Shown: piece after piece, positions 1-13,200 of the stretch | How positions within the stretch are numbered: the first letter of the stretch is position 1 | How the letters are laid out: each line of letters starts with the position of its first letter | Origin: Malacoraja senta | Taxonomy: Eukaryota | Assembly: GCA_038087875.1 (NCBI GenBank) | Contig: CM075995.1 | Coordinates: forward strand, 8,062,001-8,126,000 | Direction of reading: 5' to 3' | Length of the DNA stretch: 64,000 nt | Program-made: the position numbers and the translations under genes | Notes under the pieces: generated by a model | What the model was told of the DNA's origin: nothing | What the model saw: only the letters and a program-made list of their open reading frames with translations | Databases searched by the model: none

Positions 1-331
1 AAAGTTTCCAAAAGTGATGGAAAGACTAGGTGCTGAGAGCTCTCTTATACCTGCATTAAGGAGGCATTTAATCACACCTGAGCAATTACAAACACATGTG
101 AAGCTATGTGTCCCAAACATTATGGTGCCATGAAATGAGGGGACTATGTATAAACACAGCTGTAATTTCTACATGGTGAAACCAAAATGTATAAAAATGG
201 CCTTTAATAAAATCTGACAACGTGGACTTTAACGACATGTGATTTTTTTCTGTTACAAATCTCAAATTGTGGAGTACAGAGGCAAATAAATAAATGATGG
301 GTCTTTGTCCCAAACATTATGGAGGGCACTG
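1..331. mobile_element. Terminal remnant of a Tc1/mariner-type DNA transposon (IR/DR-type end)
   Basis: Ends ...GGAGGGCACTG followed by TA (332-333). The 17-mer TGTCCCAAACATTATGG occurs at 109-125 and 306-322, as in IR/DR termini. Confidence 0.65.
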
Positions 332-334
332 TAA

Positions 335-578
335 GGGCCTGTCCACTTGGCGATTTTTTCGGCGTCTGCTGGCATCATTGACTGATGTATCAGGTCAACG
401 AAAAAGTCGCAGCGTGACATGACAGTGACGCGGAGTGATGACGTATTGACGCGCGGTGTTTTTTCAAGTGTCGCAGCATTTTTTCTGTCGCTGCTGGATT
501 TTGAAATGTTCGCAATCTTTTTGCGACCCTGATATGACTCCAGCAGCCGCCGAAAAATTCGCCAAGTGGGAAAGGCCC
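335..578. mobile_element. MITE, probably PIF/Harbinger-like
   Basis: Imperfect ~30-bp TIRs: GGGCCTGTCCACTTGGCGATTTTTTCGGCG (335-364) and CGCCGAAAAATTCGCCAAGTGGGAAAGGCCC (548-578). TA-containing flanks and no ORF. Confidence 0.6.
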
Positions 579-579
579 G

Positions 580-668
580 TTATTGTTTTTCTGCTGACTG
601 GATAGCATGCGACAAAAAGCTTTTCACTGTACCTCGGTACACGTGACAATAAACTAAACTGTAAACTG
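580..668 (+). mobile_element. 3' tail of a non-LTR retroelement
   Basis: ...TTTTCACTGTACCTCGGTACACGTGACAATAAACTAAACT tail ending in short TAAAC repeats. Confidence 0.45.
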
Positions 669-700
669 CTACCCTTTCTTTTCCTCTGCGCCGACAGACG

Positions 701-1076
701 ATGAGTGATCGTGCCTGTGTTCTGGTCTCCGCACTTAGCGAGACGCAGGGCGTTCCACGAAGATGTGCAGACGTTATCAGGGAGCATTTCGACGTCGCCA
801 CCATGGAAGAATTCCTGAAGAACAAGGGGCAGCTTGAAAATAAAATCCAGGTTATTTTCATGTGGGAGTTTTATCCCATCGTAAATGAGAAGCTTCTCCG
901 CTCGCTCCCTGCCCTGAAGGTGACCGTGAACAATGGCGTTGGTGTGGACCACTATGACCTGCCTTTGATCTTCAGTTTTGGGGTGAAGGTGGCCAACACT
1001 CCTTCTGTGGTGGACGCTGCCACTGCAGACATGGGCATGGCTCTGTTGTTGGCATCCGCCAGGAATGTATTGGAAG
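701..1076 (+). CDS. First coding exon (exon 698-1076) of a D-isomer-specific 2-hydroxyacid dehydrogenase (glyoxylate/hydroxypyruvate or 2-ketogluconate reductase-like)
   Basis: Translation LLRSLPALKVTVNNGVGVDHYDL...GVKVANTPSVVDAATADMGMALLLASARN matches the family substrate-binding domain. Pyrimidine tract plus AG at 696-697; donor G|GTAGGT at 1076/1077 (phase 1). The rest of ORF 701-1489 is intron read-through. Confidence 0.88.
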
Positions 1077-1123
1077 GTAGGTGGGCGATTCACCGTGTTT
1101 CTGCCGAATGTGCGATAACCTGG

Positions 1124-1297
1124 AGGGCAGCACGGTGGTGCAGCGGTAGAGTTGCTGCCTCACTGCGCCAGAGACCCGGGTTCCATCCCGACTACGGGAG
1201 ATGTCCGTACGGAGTTTGTACGTTCCCGTACGTTCCCCCCGGTGACCTGCCTGGGTTTTCTCTGGGTGCTCCGGTTTCCCCCCATGTTTGTAGGTTA
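1124..1297 (+). mobile_element. tRNA-derived SINE (HE1/V-SINE-like), 5' part, interrupted by the Helitron array
   Basis: A-box TGGTGCAGCGG and B-box GGTTCCATCCC. Homologous to the - strand copies at 43362-43660 and 43905-44205. Stops at TGTAGGTTA|CTAG. Confidence 0.75.
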
Positions 1298-4200
1298 CTA
1301 GACCAAGTGGGACCCTTTGGGTCCCTGTCACACGGGAGGCCTGGTCCCCCAATGCAAACCGTTCCCCAACGCAATATTCCACCACTCACCCATAGCCCCC
1401 ACGGGAGGCCTGGTCCCCCAACACAACCTGTTCCCCTTTCTCCAACACAACCCGTTCCCCCAACGCAATATTCCAGCACTCACCCATAGCCGACAACTGC
1501 GCAGGGGCTGCTTATTTCGCCTTATTCAGACTCCCTCGTTTTTAAACTTTAAAAAAAAATGCATTTGCACTTGCTAGCTAGCAGAACAGTGTACTGTGAC
1601 TTTAAAAAAAATGCATTTGCACTTGCTAGCTGGCAGAACTCAGTGTACTTGGATAGCAACAATGTTGCGAGCAGGGCTAAGCACAGGGAATAAGCGAAAG
1701 ACAGTTATTTTTTTCCCATGTTTTTGGAGATTTTTGAACATTTTCATAAATAACTCGAGCAATAATGCTTGAAATTTTCAGAAAATGCGATTTTTGACTT
1801 CACGGCGTAAATCTCTATCGGAATATGTAAAATTTGCACTGTTAGTGCGTCGTGTTTTCGAGGAGATGTGAAACGCAAACGAACATCACACACACAAATA
1901 AATACACATCCAAGATCAGAGTTTTATAAGTATACTAGACCAAGGGTGACCTGTTGGGTCCCGTCCCCTCAATGCACGATTGCGAGGGGGGGGGGCGGCC
2001 TGCAGCATCACACACACACTAACCACCCCCCCCCACACACACACACAAACACTAACCACCCCCTTGATATTATATTAATATTATTCATTGGCTCCTTTTA
2101 CCCCATCCCCGCCCTATCTTGAGGGGCAGAGAGAGTGGGGCAGAGAGGGAGAGGGGGGGAGAGAGGGGGGGTGGAGGGAGAGGGGGGAGGCTGAGAGGAG
2201 GGGGGAGAGGAGATGGGGAGAGGAGATGGGGAGAGGAGAGGAGAGGGGGAGGGAGGTGGAGAGAGGGGGTGGGGGAGAAGGGGAGGGGGAGGGAGAGGGA
2301 GAGGGGAGGAGGGAGAGGAGGTAGGAGAGACAGAGAGGGGGAAGTGGAGAGGAGGGGGTAGTGGAGGGGGGAGATGAAGGGAGGAGGAGGTGGGAGGGGG
2401 AGAGAGAGCGAGAGGGCGGACTTGAATTCGGTAAGCGGGTGGCGGGCCAGGGCAGCTGCCGTGACCTCTCTGGACCTCGCGGCATCTCTGAAGCCCTCGG
2501 AAGCCCAACCAAATTACTGCATGTTCAGCGGCTTCAATCCAGAGCCCTGGGGTGAGGAGGGCGGGGCGCTATGGACGGCCGGCCGAGTGAGTTACGTGGG
2601 TGGGGGGGGGGGTGGTGTTACATAACTCACAGCTCGTGGAAAACAGTAGCCAGCAAGCTGATAGTTGAAAACTACACGCAGCTGGCCGCGAGGAGCAGAG
2701 CCATTGTGAAGTCATCAACTCGTTAGCTTCAGCTCATTAACTTCAAAAAAGATCTTAGATTTGTGACTTGGGAAATAATTAATCAAATTTTCAGATGAGG
2801 CAATGTTTGAGATCATGAGGTAAATCTCTACCGGAATATGTAAAAATTTCACCGTTAGCGCGTCAGGTTGTCGAGGAGATGTGAATCACAGAAAAAGACA
2901 CAAGCAAACAAACAAATACATAAACATCCAAGATCAGAGTTTTAACATAATACTAGACCAAGTGCAGACCCGTTGGGTCTGGTCCCCGAAAGTGCTTGAC
3001 ACCCCGGGGTGTTGTTCCCGAACGTGCTTGAGACCCCGGGGTGAAAATCGTGGGAAAAAAAGATGGCGTCGTTTTTGGAAAAAATCGGAGAAAATCGGAG
3101 AAAAAAAGATGGCGTCGTTTTCAGAGAAAATCGGTGAAAAAAAGATGGCGTCGTTTTCGGAGAAAATCTGAGACAATCGGAGAAAATCACATGGGGGTGG
3201 GGGTGCAGACCCGTTGGGTCTGGTCCCCGAAAGTGCTTGACACCCCGGGGTGTTGTTCCCGAACGTGCTTGAGACCCCGGGGTGAAAATCGTGGAAAAAA
3301 AAGATGGCGTCATTTTCGGAGAAAATCGGCGAAAAGAAGATGGCGTCGTTTTCGGAGAAAATCGGCGAAAAAAAGATGGCGTCGTTTTCGGAGAAAATCG
3401 GAGACAATCATATGCGGGTGGGGGGGGGGGTGGATTTTATTTTAAAACGTGTACATAAACAGGGCCGAATTTAATCAGGAGTGGCTATTCGTAAAGATAA
3501 ATGTCATCTCTTTGGAAATGGTAAAAAATATGGGCCTTTCCGCGCGCTGTGTGGGCCAGGGGCGGTATCAAAGGCGGCGTACGGACGTACAGACGTACAG
3601 ACGTACAGACGGACGGCAGCCAGAGAGTTTTAAAAGTATACTAGACAAGTGCAGACCCGTTGGGTCTGGTCCCCGAAAGTGCTTGACACCCCGGGGTGTT
3701 GTTCCCGAACGTGCTTGACACCCCGGGGTGTTGTTCCAGAACGTGCTTGCGACCCTTGGTTGAAAATCGTGGACAGAAAAGATGGCGTCATTTTCGGAAA
3801 AAATCGGAGAAAATCGGCGAAAAAAAGATGGCGTCGTTTTCTGAAAAAAATCGGCGAAAAAAAGATGGCGTCGTTTTCGGAGAAAACCGGAGACAATCGG
3901 AGAAAATCACATGGGGGTGGGGGTGCAGACCCGTTGGGTGTGGTCCCCGAAAGTGCTTGACACCCCGGGGTGTTGTTCCCGAACGTGATTCAGACCCCGG
4001 GGTGAAAATCCGCGAAAAAAAGATGGCGTCGTTTTCGGAAAAAATCGGAGAAAATCGTCGAAAAAAAGATGGCGTCGCTTTCGGAGAAAATCGGCGAAAA
4101 AAAGATGGTGTCGTTTTCGGAGAAAATCGGAGACAATCGGAGAAAATCACATGGGGGTGGGGGGGGGGTGGATTTTATTAAAAAACGTGTACATAAACAG

Positions 4201-7200
4201 GACCGAATTTAATCAGGAGTGGCTATTCGTAAAGATAAATATCATCTCTTTGAAAATGGTAAAAAATATGGGCCTTTCCGCTCGCTGTGTGGGCCAGGGG
4301 CGGTATCAAAGGCGGCGTACAGGTCAAGCAGAACGTTGGACGTACAGACAAGCAGAACGTTGGACGTACAGACGTACAGACGGACGACAGCCAGAGAGTT
4401 TTAAAAGTATACTAGACCAAGTGCAGACCCGTTGGGTCTGGACACCGAACGTGCGTTTGCGGGGGGGAGGGGCTGTTGCGTCACACTAACCACCCCCTTT
4501 CCTCCAATGCACGGAATCCTCCATCCACAAACACACACACTCATCACACCCCTTGATATTACATTAATTTTAAAATTTGATTCTTTTATCCCATCTCCAC
4601 CCTATCCACTGATGAATAGCCCTCACCTCTCAGGTGCTTTTGGAGGGGGGGTGGCAGAGAGACAAAATTTAATGTTAAAAATTTCAAGAGGAATGGAGGA
4701 GGGGGGAGATAAAGGTGGGGAGAGAGGAGGGGGAGAGAGGAGAGTGGTGGAGAGAGGAAGGAGACGATGGGGGAGAAAGGTGAATGGGGTGTTTGGAACG
4801 GGCGTGCATGAGTCGAGCCGCGGGCTGTGAAGAGAGAAGGGCAGAGAGAGAGAGAGAGATGGGAGAGACAGAGAGACTGGTACACAAAAAAAAGCTGGAG
4901 AAACACAGCGGGTGCAGCAGCATCTATGGAGCGAATGAAATAGGCAAAGCTTTGGGCCGAAGCCCATCCTCAGGTTTTTTTTTAACCTGAAACGTTTCCT
5001 ATTTCCTTCGATCCATAGATGCTGCTGCACCCGCTGATGTTATACCGCTTTTTTTTGTGTATCTTTGATTTTCCAGCATCTGCAGTTCCGTGTTAAAGAC
5101 AGAGAGACTGTTGGTGGGCTGTTTTCCCAACGCGCGTTTGCGGGAGGGGGGGGGGTGCTGCGGCATCCACAGCACTAACCACCTCCCGCAAACACACTCG
5201 GGGGGAAGGGGGAGAGGAAGACGGGGTGTGGAGAGAAGAAGAGAGGGGGAGGGAGGGTAGAGGGCGAGGAGGAAAGGGGAGAGATTGGTGAGGTTGAAGA
5301 GAGTAGGGTGGGGGAGAGGGATGGGGAGGAGAGTGGTGAGTTAGGAGGAGAGCGTGGAGGGCAGGAAGGGGGAGAGGGGGGGAGGGGATGAGGGGAAGGG
5401 GAGAGGAGTAGGGGGAAGAGAGGGAGAGAGGGAGGGGGAGGGAGAGAGGTGGAGGGAGAGGGGAAGAGTTGGGAGTGAGTGGTTGCGGGGAGTGGTGCAA
5501 GAGAGAGTGGAAGGGGGTGGGGGGGAGATGGGGGTGAAGAGGGGGGTGGAGGGGTAAGAGAGGGTGTGGGAGGGGAGGGATGAGAGAGGGGGCAGAGTGG
5601 GGAGGGAGAGTGGAAGTAGGAGGGGTAGGGGCAGTCGGGGTGGGGAGAGAAGAGGAGAGGGGGAGGAGGAAAGGGGAGAGATTGGTGAGTGAGAAGAGAG
5701 CAGGGTGGGGGAGAGGGAGGGGGAGGAGAGTGGGGAGTGGTAGGAGAGCGGGGAGGGCAGGAATGGGGGAGGAGATGTTAGAGATGGAGAGAGGGGATGA
5801 GGGGAAGGGGAGAGGAGTAGGGGGAAGAGAGGGAGGGGAGGGAGGGGGAGAGGAGAGAGGAGGGGGAGGGAGAGTGGAAGTAAGAGGGGTAGGGACAGTC
5901 CATCTGTTCCCCATTCCCTATCACCCCCAATCATCTTTCTCTATTCCCACACACGTGGCGACGCCCTTCGACACAGGCTGCGGGGGTGGGGGGGGAGGGG
6001 CTGGGGCTGCTGCCAAGGCATATGTAAATGGATCCATTCCGATTGGACATCTGTGACCATTGTGCATTGTGACATCACACAACGGAATCTTTACTAACAT
6101 TCTACGGCTGAGCTGTTTTTTAAAACATTTTGAAATGTTTGGTTTGGGGGGGGGGGGAGAGGTATTTTATTTTAAAAAGCGTACGTAAACACGACCAAAT
6201 TTAATCAGGATCGTCTATTCGTAAAGATAAACGTAACCTCTTTAGAAACGGTAAAAAAATCGGCGTTTCCGCGCGCTGCGCGGGCGCGGGGCGGTATCAA
6301 AGGCGGGACAGGTCAAGCAGAACGTTGGACGTACAGACGTACAGACGTACAGACGTACGGCAGCCAGAGAGTTTTAAAAGTATACTAGACCAAGTGCAGA
6401 CCCGTTGGGTCTGGACACCGAACGTGCGTTTGGGGCGGGGGGCTGTGACGTCACACTAACCACCCGTTGGGTCTGTACCTCCAAAGCAGGGTTGCGGGGT
6501 GTGAATCTGGCACCCACAAACACACACACTCATCACACCCCTTGATATTATATTAATATTTTAATTTTCTTCTTTTATTCCATCTCCACCCTATCCACTG
6601 ACGAATAGCCCTCACCTCTCAGGTACGTCTCGAGGGGGGGGGTGGTGCAGAGAGAGAAAATTTAATGTTAGAAAAAAAAATTGTGAGGTGGGGGAGGAGG
6701 AGGGTTGAGAGGATGGAGGGTGAGGAAGGTGGGGAGAGAGGAGGGTGAGAGAGGAGAGGGGTGGAGAGAGGAAGAAGAGGATGGGGAGAGAGGTGAAGGG
6801 GGTTGGTTGGAGCAGGCGTGCATGAGTTGAGTCGCGGGCTGTGAAGAGAGATGGGCAGAGAGAGAGAGAGAGAGGGGAGAGACAGATAGACTGGTACACA
6901 CAATAAAACTCGAGAAACACTGCGGGTGCAGCAGGATCTATGGAGTGAAGGAAATAGGCAATGCTTTTGGCGGAAACCCATCCTCAGACGGGTTTTCACG
7001 AAACGTTGTCTATTTCTTTTGATACATAGGAGCTGAAGCATTTTTTTGTGTACCTTTGATTTTCAAGCATCTGCAGTTCTGTCTTAAAGACAGAGAGACT
7101 GTTGGCGGGCTGTTTTCCCAACGCGCGTTTGCGGGACGGGGGGGGGCTGCGGCATCACACTCACACTAACCACCCCCCAAACACAGGCGGGGGGAGGGGT

Positions 7201-10200
7201 GGAGAGGAAGACGGGGTAGGGAGAGAAGAGGGGAGAGGGAGACGGGGTGGGGAGAGAAGAGGAGAGGGGGAGGGAGGGGAGAAGGGGAGGAGGAAAGGGG
7301 AGAAATTGGTGAGGGAGAAGAGAGCAGTGTGGCGGAGAGGGAGAGGGAGGCGAGTGGTAGGAGAGCGGGGAGGGCAGGAAGGGGGGAGAGGGGGGAGGGG
7401 ATGTTAGAGGTGGAGAGAGGGGATGAGGGGAAGGGGAGAGGAGTAGGGGGAAGAGAGGGAGAGAAGGAGGGGGGAGGGATAGAGGTGGGGAGGGAGAGTG
7501 GAAGAGTGGGGAGTGAGAGAGAAGGGAGGGGGGAGAGGGGTGGTGGAGGGGGTTGTGGAGGGAGATGGGGATGGGTTTGGGAGTTAAGTGGAAGAATGGG
7601 GAGAGAGATGGAGAGGTGTAGGGGGAGTGGTGGAAGTGGGAGAGAGGGAGGGGGAGAGGTGTAGGGGGAGTGGTTGAAGAGGGATAGCGGGGTAGGGGGA
7701 AGGGGACGGGGTGAGAGAGGGAAGGGGGATGTGGGAGAGAGTAATGGGGGTGGGAGGAGGAGGGGGATGAGAGGGAGAGGGGTGAGGAGAAGGGGATGGA
7801 GAGGGGGAGGAGAGAGGGTGGGTAAGGCGAGGAGAAGGGTAGAGAGGTGTGGGGGAGGGTGGAGGGTGGCGACGGGGTTGGGAGAGAAGAGGGGAGGGGG
7901 GGAGGGGGAAGAGGGAGACGGGGTGTGGAGAGAAGAGGGGAGGGAGGGGAGGGAGGAGAGAGGGGGAGGAGGAAAGGGGAGAGATTGGTGAGGGAGAAGA
8001 GAGCAGGGTGGGGGAGAGGGACGGGGAGGAGAGTGGGGAGTGGGAGGAGAGCGGGGAGGGCAGGAAGGGGGGAGGGGGGAGGGGATGTTAGAGGTGGAGA
8101 GAGGGGATGAGGGGAAGGGGAGAGGAGTAGGGGGAAGAGAGGGAGAGAGGGAGGGGGGAGGGAGAGGGGAAGAGTGGTGAGTGAGGGGCAGAGGGGTAGC
8201 AGGGAGTGGTGCAAGAGAGAGGGGAAGGGGTGGGGGGAGATGGGGGTGAAGAGGGGTGGTGGAGGGGGAAGAGAGGGTGTGGGAAGGGAGGGAGGGGGAG
8301 AGGAGAGAGGGGGAAGAGTGGGGAGGGAGAGTTGAAGTAGGAGGGGTAGGGACAGTCCATCTGTTACCCATTCCCTATCACCCCCAATCCTCTTTCTCTA
8401 TTGCCACACACGTGACGACGCCCTTCGACACAGGCTGCGGGGGTGGGGGGCAGGGGCTGGGGCTGGGGCTGCTGCCAAGGCATATGTAAACGGATTCATT
8501 CCGATTGGACATCTTTGAGCATTGGGCATTGTGACATCACAAAACGGAACCTTCATTAACATTCTATTGCTGAGAGCTGTTTTTTTAAACATTTTGAAAT
8601 GTCCCCATTCCCTATCCCCCCCACACACGTGGCGACGCCCTGCGACACAGGCTGTGGGGTTGGGGGGGAGGGGCTGGGGCTGGGGCTGCTGCCAAGGCAT
8701 ATCTAAATGAATCCATTCCCATTGGACATCTGTTAGCATCGGGCATTGTGACATCACACAACGGAATCTTTACTAACATTCTATGGCTGAGCTGTTTTTT
8801 TAAACATTTTGAAATGTTTGGTTTTGGGGGGGAGAGAGGTATTTTATTTTAAAAAGCGTACCTAAACACGACCAAATTTAATCGGGATCGTCTATTCGTG
8901 AAGATAAACGTAACCTCTTTAGAAACGGTAAAAAATATCGGCGTTTCCGCGCGCCGCGCGGGCGCAGGGCGGTATCAAAGGCGGGACAAGTCAAGCAGAA
9001 CGTTGGACGTACAGACATACAGAACGTTGGACGTACAGACGTACAGACGGACGACAGCCAGAGAGTTTTAAAAGTATACTAGACCAAGTGCAGACCCGTT
9101 GGGTCTGGTCCCCGAAAGTGCTTGACACCCCGGGGTGTTGTTCCCGAACGTGCTTCAGACCCCTGGGTGAAAATCTGCGAAAAAAAGATGGCGTCGTTTT
9201 CGGAAAAAAATCGGAGAAAATCGGCAAAAAAAAGATGGCGTCGTTTTCGGAGAAAATCGGCGAAAAAAAGATGGCGTCGTTTTCGGAGAAAATCGGAGAC
9301 AATCGGAGAAAATCACATGGGGGTGGGGGGGGTGGATTTTATTAAAAAACGTGTACATAAACAGGACCGAATTTAATCAGGAGTGGCTATTCGTAAAGAT
9401 AAATGTCATCTCTTTGGAAATGCTAAAAAATATGGGCCTTTCCGCGCGCCGTGTGGGCCAGGGGCGGTATCAAAGGCGGCATTGGGACGTACAGACGTAC
9501 GACAGCCAGAGAGTTTTAAAAGTATATAGACTAGACCAAGTGCAGACCCGTTGGGTCTGGACACCGAACGTGCGTTTGCGGGTGGGGGGGGGGGGGTGCT
9601 GTGACGTCACAGTAACCACCCCCTTTGCTCCAAAGCACGGTTGCGGGGTGGGAATCTGGCACCCACGAACACACACACTCATAACAACCCTTGATATTAT
9701 CTTAATTTTTTTATTTGCTTCTTTTATCCCATCTCCACCCTATCCACTGACGAATAGCCCTCACCTCTCAGGTGCGTCTAGAGGGGGGGGGGGCAGAGAG
9801 TGCAAATTTAATGTTAGAATTAAAAAAATTTGAAGAGGGGGAGGAGGAGGGTTGAGAGGAAGGGGGGAGAGAGGAAGGGGTGCGAGGAAGGGGGATAGAG
9901 AGGTGGGTGTGGAGAAGTAAGGAGAGGATGTTGGAGATAGGTGAAGGGGGGTGTTTTGAGCTGGTGTTCATGAGTTAAGCTGCGGGCTGTGAAGAGAGAA
10001 GGGCAGAGAGAGAGAGAGGGGAGAGACAGAGAGACTGGTACACCCAAAAAAGGTGGTGAAATTCAGCGGGTGCAGCAGCATCTATGGAGCGAAGGAAATA
10101 GGCAATGTTTGTGGCTGAAACCCATCTTCAGACGTGTTTTGTTATGAAACATTGCCTATTTCCTTTGATCCAAAAATGCTGCTGCACCCGCTGAGTTTAT

Positions 10201-13200
10201 ACTTCATTTTTTTGTTTACCTTGTGTTTGGGGGGGGGGTGGCTGCGGCTGAAGCATCACACTCACACTAACCACCCCCCAAACACACAGGCGGGGGGAGT
10301 GGGGGAGAGGGAGACGGGGTTGGGGAGAGGAGGGGAGGGGGAGAGAAGGAGACGGGGTGGGGAGAGAAGAGGGGAGGGAGGGGAGGGAAGAGGGGGACGG
10401 AGGGGAGAGGGGGATGAGGAAAGGGGAGAGATTGGGGAAGGAGAGGAGATCAGGGTGGGTGAGAGGGAGGGTGAGGAGAGTTTGGAGTGGGAGGAGAGCG
10501 GGGAGGGCAGGAAGGGGGGAGAGGGGGGGAGGGGATGAGGGGAAGGGGAGAGGTGTAGGGGGGAGAGAGGGAGAGAGGGAGGGTGGAGGGAGAGAGGTGG
10601 GGAGGGAGAGGGGAAGAGTGGGGAGTGCAGACCAAGTGCAGACCCGTTGGGTCTGGACACCGAACGTGTGTTTGGGGCGGGGGGCTGTGACGTCACACTA
10701 ACCACCCGTTGGGTCTGTACCTCCAAAGCAGGGTTGCGGGGTGTGAATCTGGCACTCACAAACACACACACTCATCACACCCCTTGATATTATATTAATA
10801 TTTTAAAGACAGAGAGACTGTTGGCGGGCTGTTTTCCCAACGCGCGTTTGCGGGAGGGGGGGTGGGCTGCGGCATCCCACTCACACTAACCACCCCCCAA
10901 ACTCACACTAACCACCCCCAAACACACTTGGGGGGATGGGGGGGGAAGGAAGACGGGGTGGGGAGAGAAGAGGGGAGAGGGAGACGGGGTGGGGAGAGAA
11001 GAGGAGAGGGAGAGGGAGGGTGGAGAGGAAGGGGGAGAGAGGAGAGGGGTGGAGAGAGGAAAGAGAGGATGGGGGAGAGTGGTGAAGGGGGGGGGTTGGA
11101 GCGGGCGTGCATGAGTCGAGTCGCGGGCTGTGAGGGAGAGAAGGGAGGGAGAGAAGGGAGAGAGTGAAAGGAGAGAGAGAAGTGGGAGAGAGAGAAGGGA
11201 GAGAGAGAGAGAGAGAAGGGAGGGAGAATGGAGAGAGAGAGATAAGGGAGAGAGAGAAGGGAGAGAGAGAGAAGGGAGAGAGAGAAAGGTGAGGGAGAGA
11301 GAGAGACCAAGTGCAGACCCGTTGGGTCTGGACACCGAACGTGCGTTTGGGGCGGGGGGCTGTGACGTCACACTAACCACCCGTTGGGTCTGTACCTCCA
11401 AAGCAGGGTTGCGGGGTGTGAATCTGGCACCCACAAACACACACACTCATCACACCCCTTGATATTATATTAATATTTTAATTTTCTTCTTTTATTCCAT
11501 CTCCACCCTATCCACTGACGAATAGCCCTCACCTCTCAGGTACGTCTCGAAGGGGGGGTGGTGCAGAGAGAGAAAATTTAATGTTAGAAAAAAAAATTGT
11601 GAGGTGGGGAGGAGGAGGGTTGAGAGGAAGGGGGGTGAGGAAGGTGGGGAGAGAGGAGGGTGAGAGAGGAGAGGGGTGGAGAGAGGAAGAGGATGGGGAG
11701 AGAGGTGAAGGGGGTGGGTTGGAGCAGGCGTGCATGAGTTGAGTCGCGGGCTGTGAAGAGAGAAGGGCAGAGAGAGAGAGAGGGGAGAGACAGATAGACT
11801 GGTACACACAATAAAACTCGAGAAACACTGCGGGTGCAGCAGCATCTATGGAGTGAAGGAAATAGGCAATGCTTTTGGCGGAAACCCATCCTCAGACGGG
11901 TTTTCACGAAACGTTGTCTATTTCTTTTGATACATAGATGCTGCTGCACCCGCTGAGGTTATGAAGCATTTTTTTTGTGTACCTTTGATTTTCAAGCATC
12001 TGCAGTTCTGTCTTAAAGACAGAGAGACTGTTGGCGGGCTGTTTTCCCAACGCGCGTTTGCGGGAGGGGGGGGGGGCTGCGGCATCACACTCACACTAAC
12101 CACCCCCCAAACACAGGCGGGGGGAGGGTTGGAGAGGAAGACGGGGTGGGGAGAGAAGAGGGGAGAGGGAGACGGGGTGGGGAGAGAAGAGGAGAGGGGG
12201 AGGAGGAAAGGGGAGAAATTGGTGAGGGAGAAGAGAGCAGGGTGGGGGAGAGGGAGGGGGAGGAGAGTGGTAGGAGAGCGGGGAGGGCAGGAAGGGGGGA
12301 GAGGGGGGGAGGGGATGTTAGAGGTGGAGAGAGGGGATGAGGGGAAGGGGAGAGGAGTAGGGGGAAGAGAGGGAGAGAAGGAGGGGGGAGGGATAGAGGT
12401 GGGGGAGGGAGATTGGAAGAGTGGGGAGAGAGAATGGAGGGGGGAGAGGGGTGGGGGAGGGGGTTGTGGAGGGAGATGGGGATGGGTTTGGGAGTTAAGT
12501 GGAAGAATGGGGAGGGAGATGGAGAGGTGTAGGGGGAGTGGTGGAAGTGGGAGAGAGTGAGGGGGAGAGGTGTAGGGGGAGTGGTTGAAGAGGGATAGCG
12601 GGGTAGGGGAAGGGGACGGGGTGAGAGAGGGAAGGGGGATGTGGGAGAGATTAATGGGGGTGGGAGGAGGAGGGGGATGAGAGGGAGAGGGGTGAGGAGA
12701 AGGGGATGGAGAGGGGAGGAGAGAGGGGTGGGTAAGGCGAGGAGAAGGGTAGAGAGGTGTGGGGGAGGGTGGAGGGTGGCGACGGGGTTGGGAGAGAAGA
12801 GGGGGGGAAGGGGGAGAGGGAGACAGGGTGGGGAGAGAAGAGGGGAGGGATGGGAGGGAGGAGAGAGGGGGAGGAGGAAAGGGGAGAGATTGGTGAGGGA
12901 GAAGAGAGCAGGGTGGGGGGGAGGGACGCGGAGGAGAGTGGGGAGTGGGAGGAGAGCGGGGAGGGCAGGAAGGGGGGAGGGGGGGAGGGGATGTTAGAGG
13001 TGGAGAGAGGGGATGAGGGGAAGGGGAGAGTAGTAGGGGGAAGAGAGGGAGGGGGGTGGGATAGAGGTGGGGGAGGGAGAGGGGAAGAGTGGTGAGTGAG
13101 GGGCAGAGGGGTAGCGGGGAGTGGTGCAAGAGAGAGGGGAAGGGGGTAGGGGGGAGATGGGGGTGAAGAGGGGTGGTGGAGGGGGAAAAGAGGGTTTGGG

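Noticed and set aside
1077..1489. C-terminal half of the 262-aa ORF
   Set aside because: Lies past a good splice donor and runs through SINE and Helitron sequence.
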